Source: Octopus bimaculoides
Lineage: Eukaryota
Direction: 5' to 3'
Length of the DNA: 64,000 nucleotides
NCBI RefSeq assembly: GCF_001194135.2
Contig: NC_068984.1
Coordinates: 84,518,023-84,582,022, forward strand
Shown: in pieces, positions 63,154 through 64,000 of the stretch
Position numbering within the stretch: position 1 is the first letter of the stretch
Layout of the letters: every line of letters starts with the position of its first letter
Program-made: the position numbers and the translations under genes
Notes under the pieces: model-generated
What the model was told of the DNA's origin: nothing
The model's database searches: none
Seen by the model: only the letters and a program-made list of their open reading frames with translations

Positions 63154-63967
63154 CACAAACATCGGCAACCCCCACAAAGCAAGAAGGAGTGCTGGAAACG
63201 TATCACCAAAGTCCAAGAATGGATGAGGATAGCTGTGTCAAAAAGTGCCACACCCTAGCGGTTGAGGGAACCTGTGGAAGAGGTAGACCCAGGAAGACCT
63301 GGGATGAGGTGGTGAAGCACGACCTTCGAACATTAGGCCTCACCGAGGCAATGACTAGTGACCAAGACCTTTGGAAATATGCTGTGTGTGAGAAGACCCA
63401 GCTAGGCAAGTGAGACCATAATCCAAGGCCTCTGCCAGAGGTGTAGCCAGCCCACTTATGCGTACCTTTCCTTCATTGGACACTAAACTCGGCTTGCGNN
63501 NNNNNNNNTGCGTACCTTTCCTTCATTGGACACTAAACTCGGCTTGCGAAGACCTGTTGGGGCAAGTGAAAGCGAAATCGTGATGGTACCTGTACCAGTA
63601 GAGCACTAAGAGCACCGTCTGAGTGTGATCATTGCCAGAGCAGCTATTTGGCTTCCGTGCCAATGGCACGTGAAGAGAGATTTGAGTGAGGTCGTTGCCA
63701 GTGCCGCTGGACTGGCTCCTGTACAGGTGGCACGTAAAATACACCATTTTGAGCGTGGCTGTTGCCAGTATCGTCTGACTGGCCTTTGTGCCGGTGGCAC
63801 GTAAAAGCATTCACTACACTCTCGGAGTGGAAGGGCATCCAGCTGTAGAAACTCTGCCAAATCATACTGGAGCATGGTGTAGCCATCTGGTTCACCAGTC
63901 CTCAGTCAAATCGTCCAACCCATGCTAGCATAGAAAGCGGACGTTAAACGATGATGATGATGATGAT
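63154..63967 (+). mobile_element. Second, 5'-truncated copy of the Tc1/mariner-RTE chimera
   Basis: Same junction CCAAGA/ATGGATGAG at 63218/63219, complete RTE C-terminus (...LWKYAVCEKTQLGK*), 3' UTR and (GAT)n tail. Confidence 0.9.
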
Positions 63968-64000
63968 GTATATATATGTGTATATATATATATATATATA

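Noticed and set aside
63459-63548. Exact 40-bp direct repeat
   Set aside because: Brackets a 10-N gap; typical contig-overlap artefact.

Overview
This is repeat-dense, AT-rich eukaryotic DNA. The SINE families and microsatellite load point to an octopus (coleoid cephalopod) genome; that assignment is inference, not a database hit. The one supported host gene is an ERMP1-like ER metallopeptidase (M28 family) on the + strand. Eight GT-AG coding exons (32237-61281, 1280 nt) splice into one uninterrupted frame and correspond to vertebrate ERMP1 exons 3-10; exons 1-2 and the 3' exons were not found in the window. The rest is intronic or intergenic transposon sequence: mariner and DD37D-type Tc1/mariner relics (one nested inside another), hAT and piggyBac MITEs with target-site duplications (TSDs), three RTE LINE lineages, a Dong/R4 LINE in a (TAA)n tract, a CR1/L2 relic, several tRNA-SINE families, a solo LTR and a 5S rRNA pseudogene. 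Two observations stand out. (1) An in-frame chimera of a Tc1/mariner transposon 5' end and an RTE LINE 3' end occurs twice with the same junction, suggesting an amplified hybrid retroelement. (2) Four departures from conserved ERMP1 motifs are each one A-to-G change from the consensus or a similar residue, making them candidate restorative A-to-I recoding sites. Most ORFs in the supplied track are spurious (microsatellites, N gaps, repeat antisense frames).
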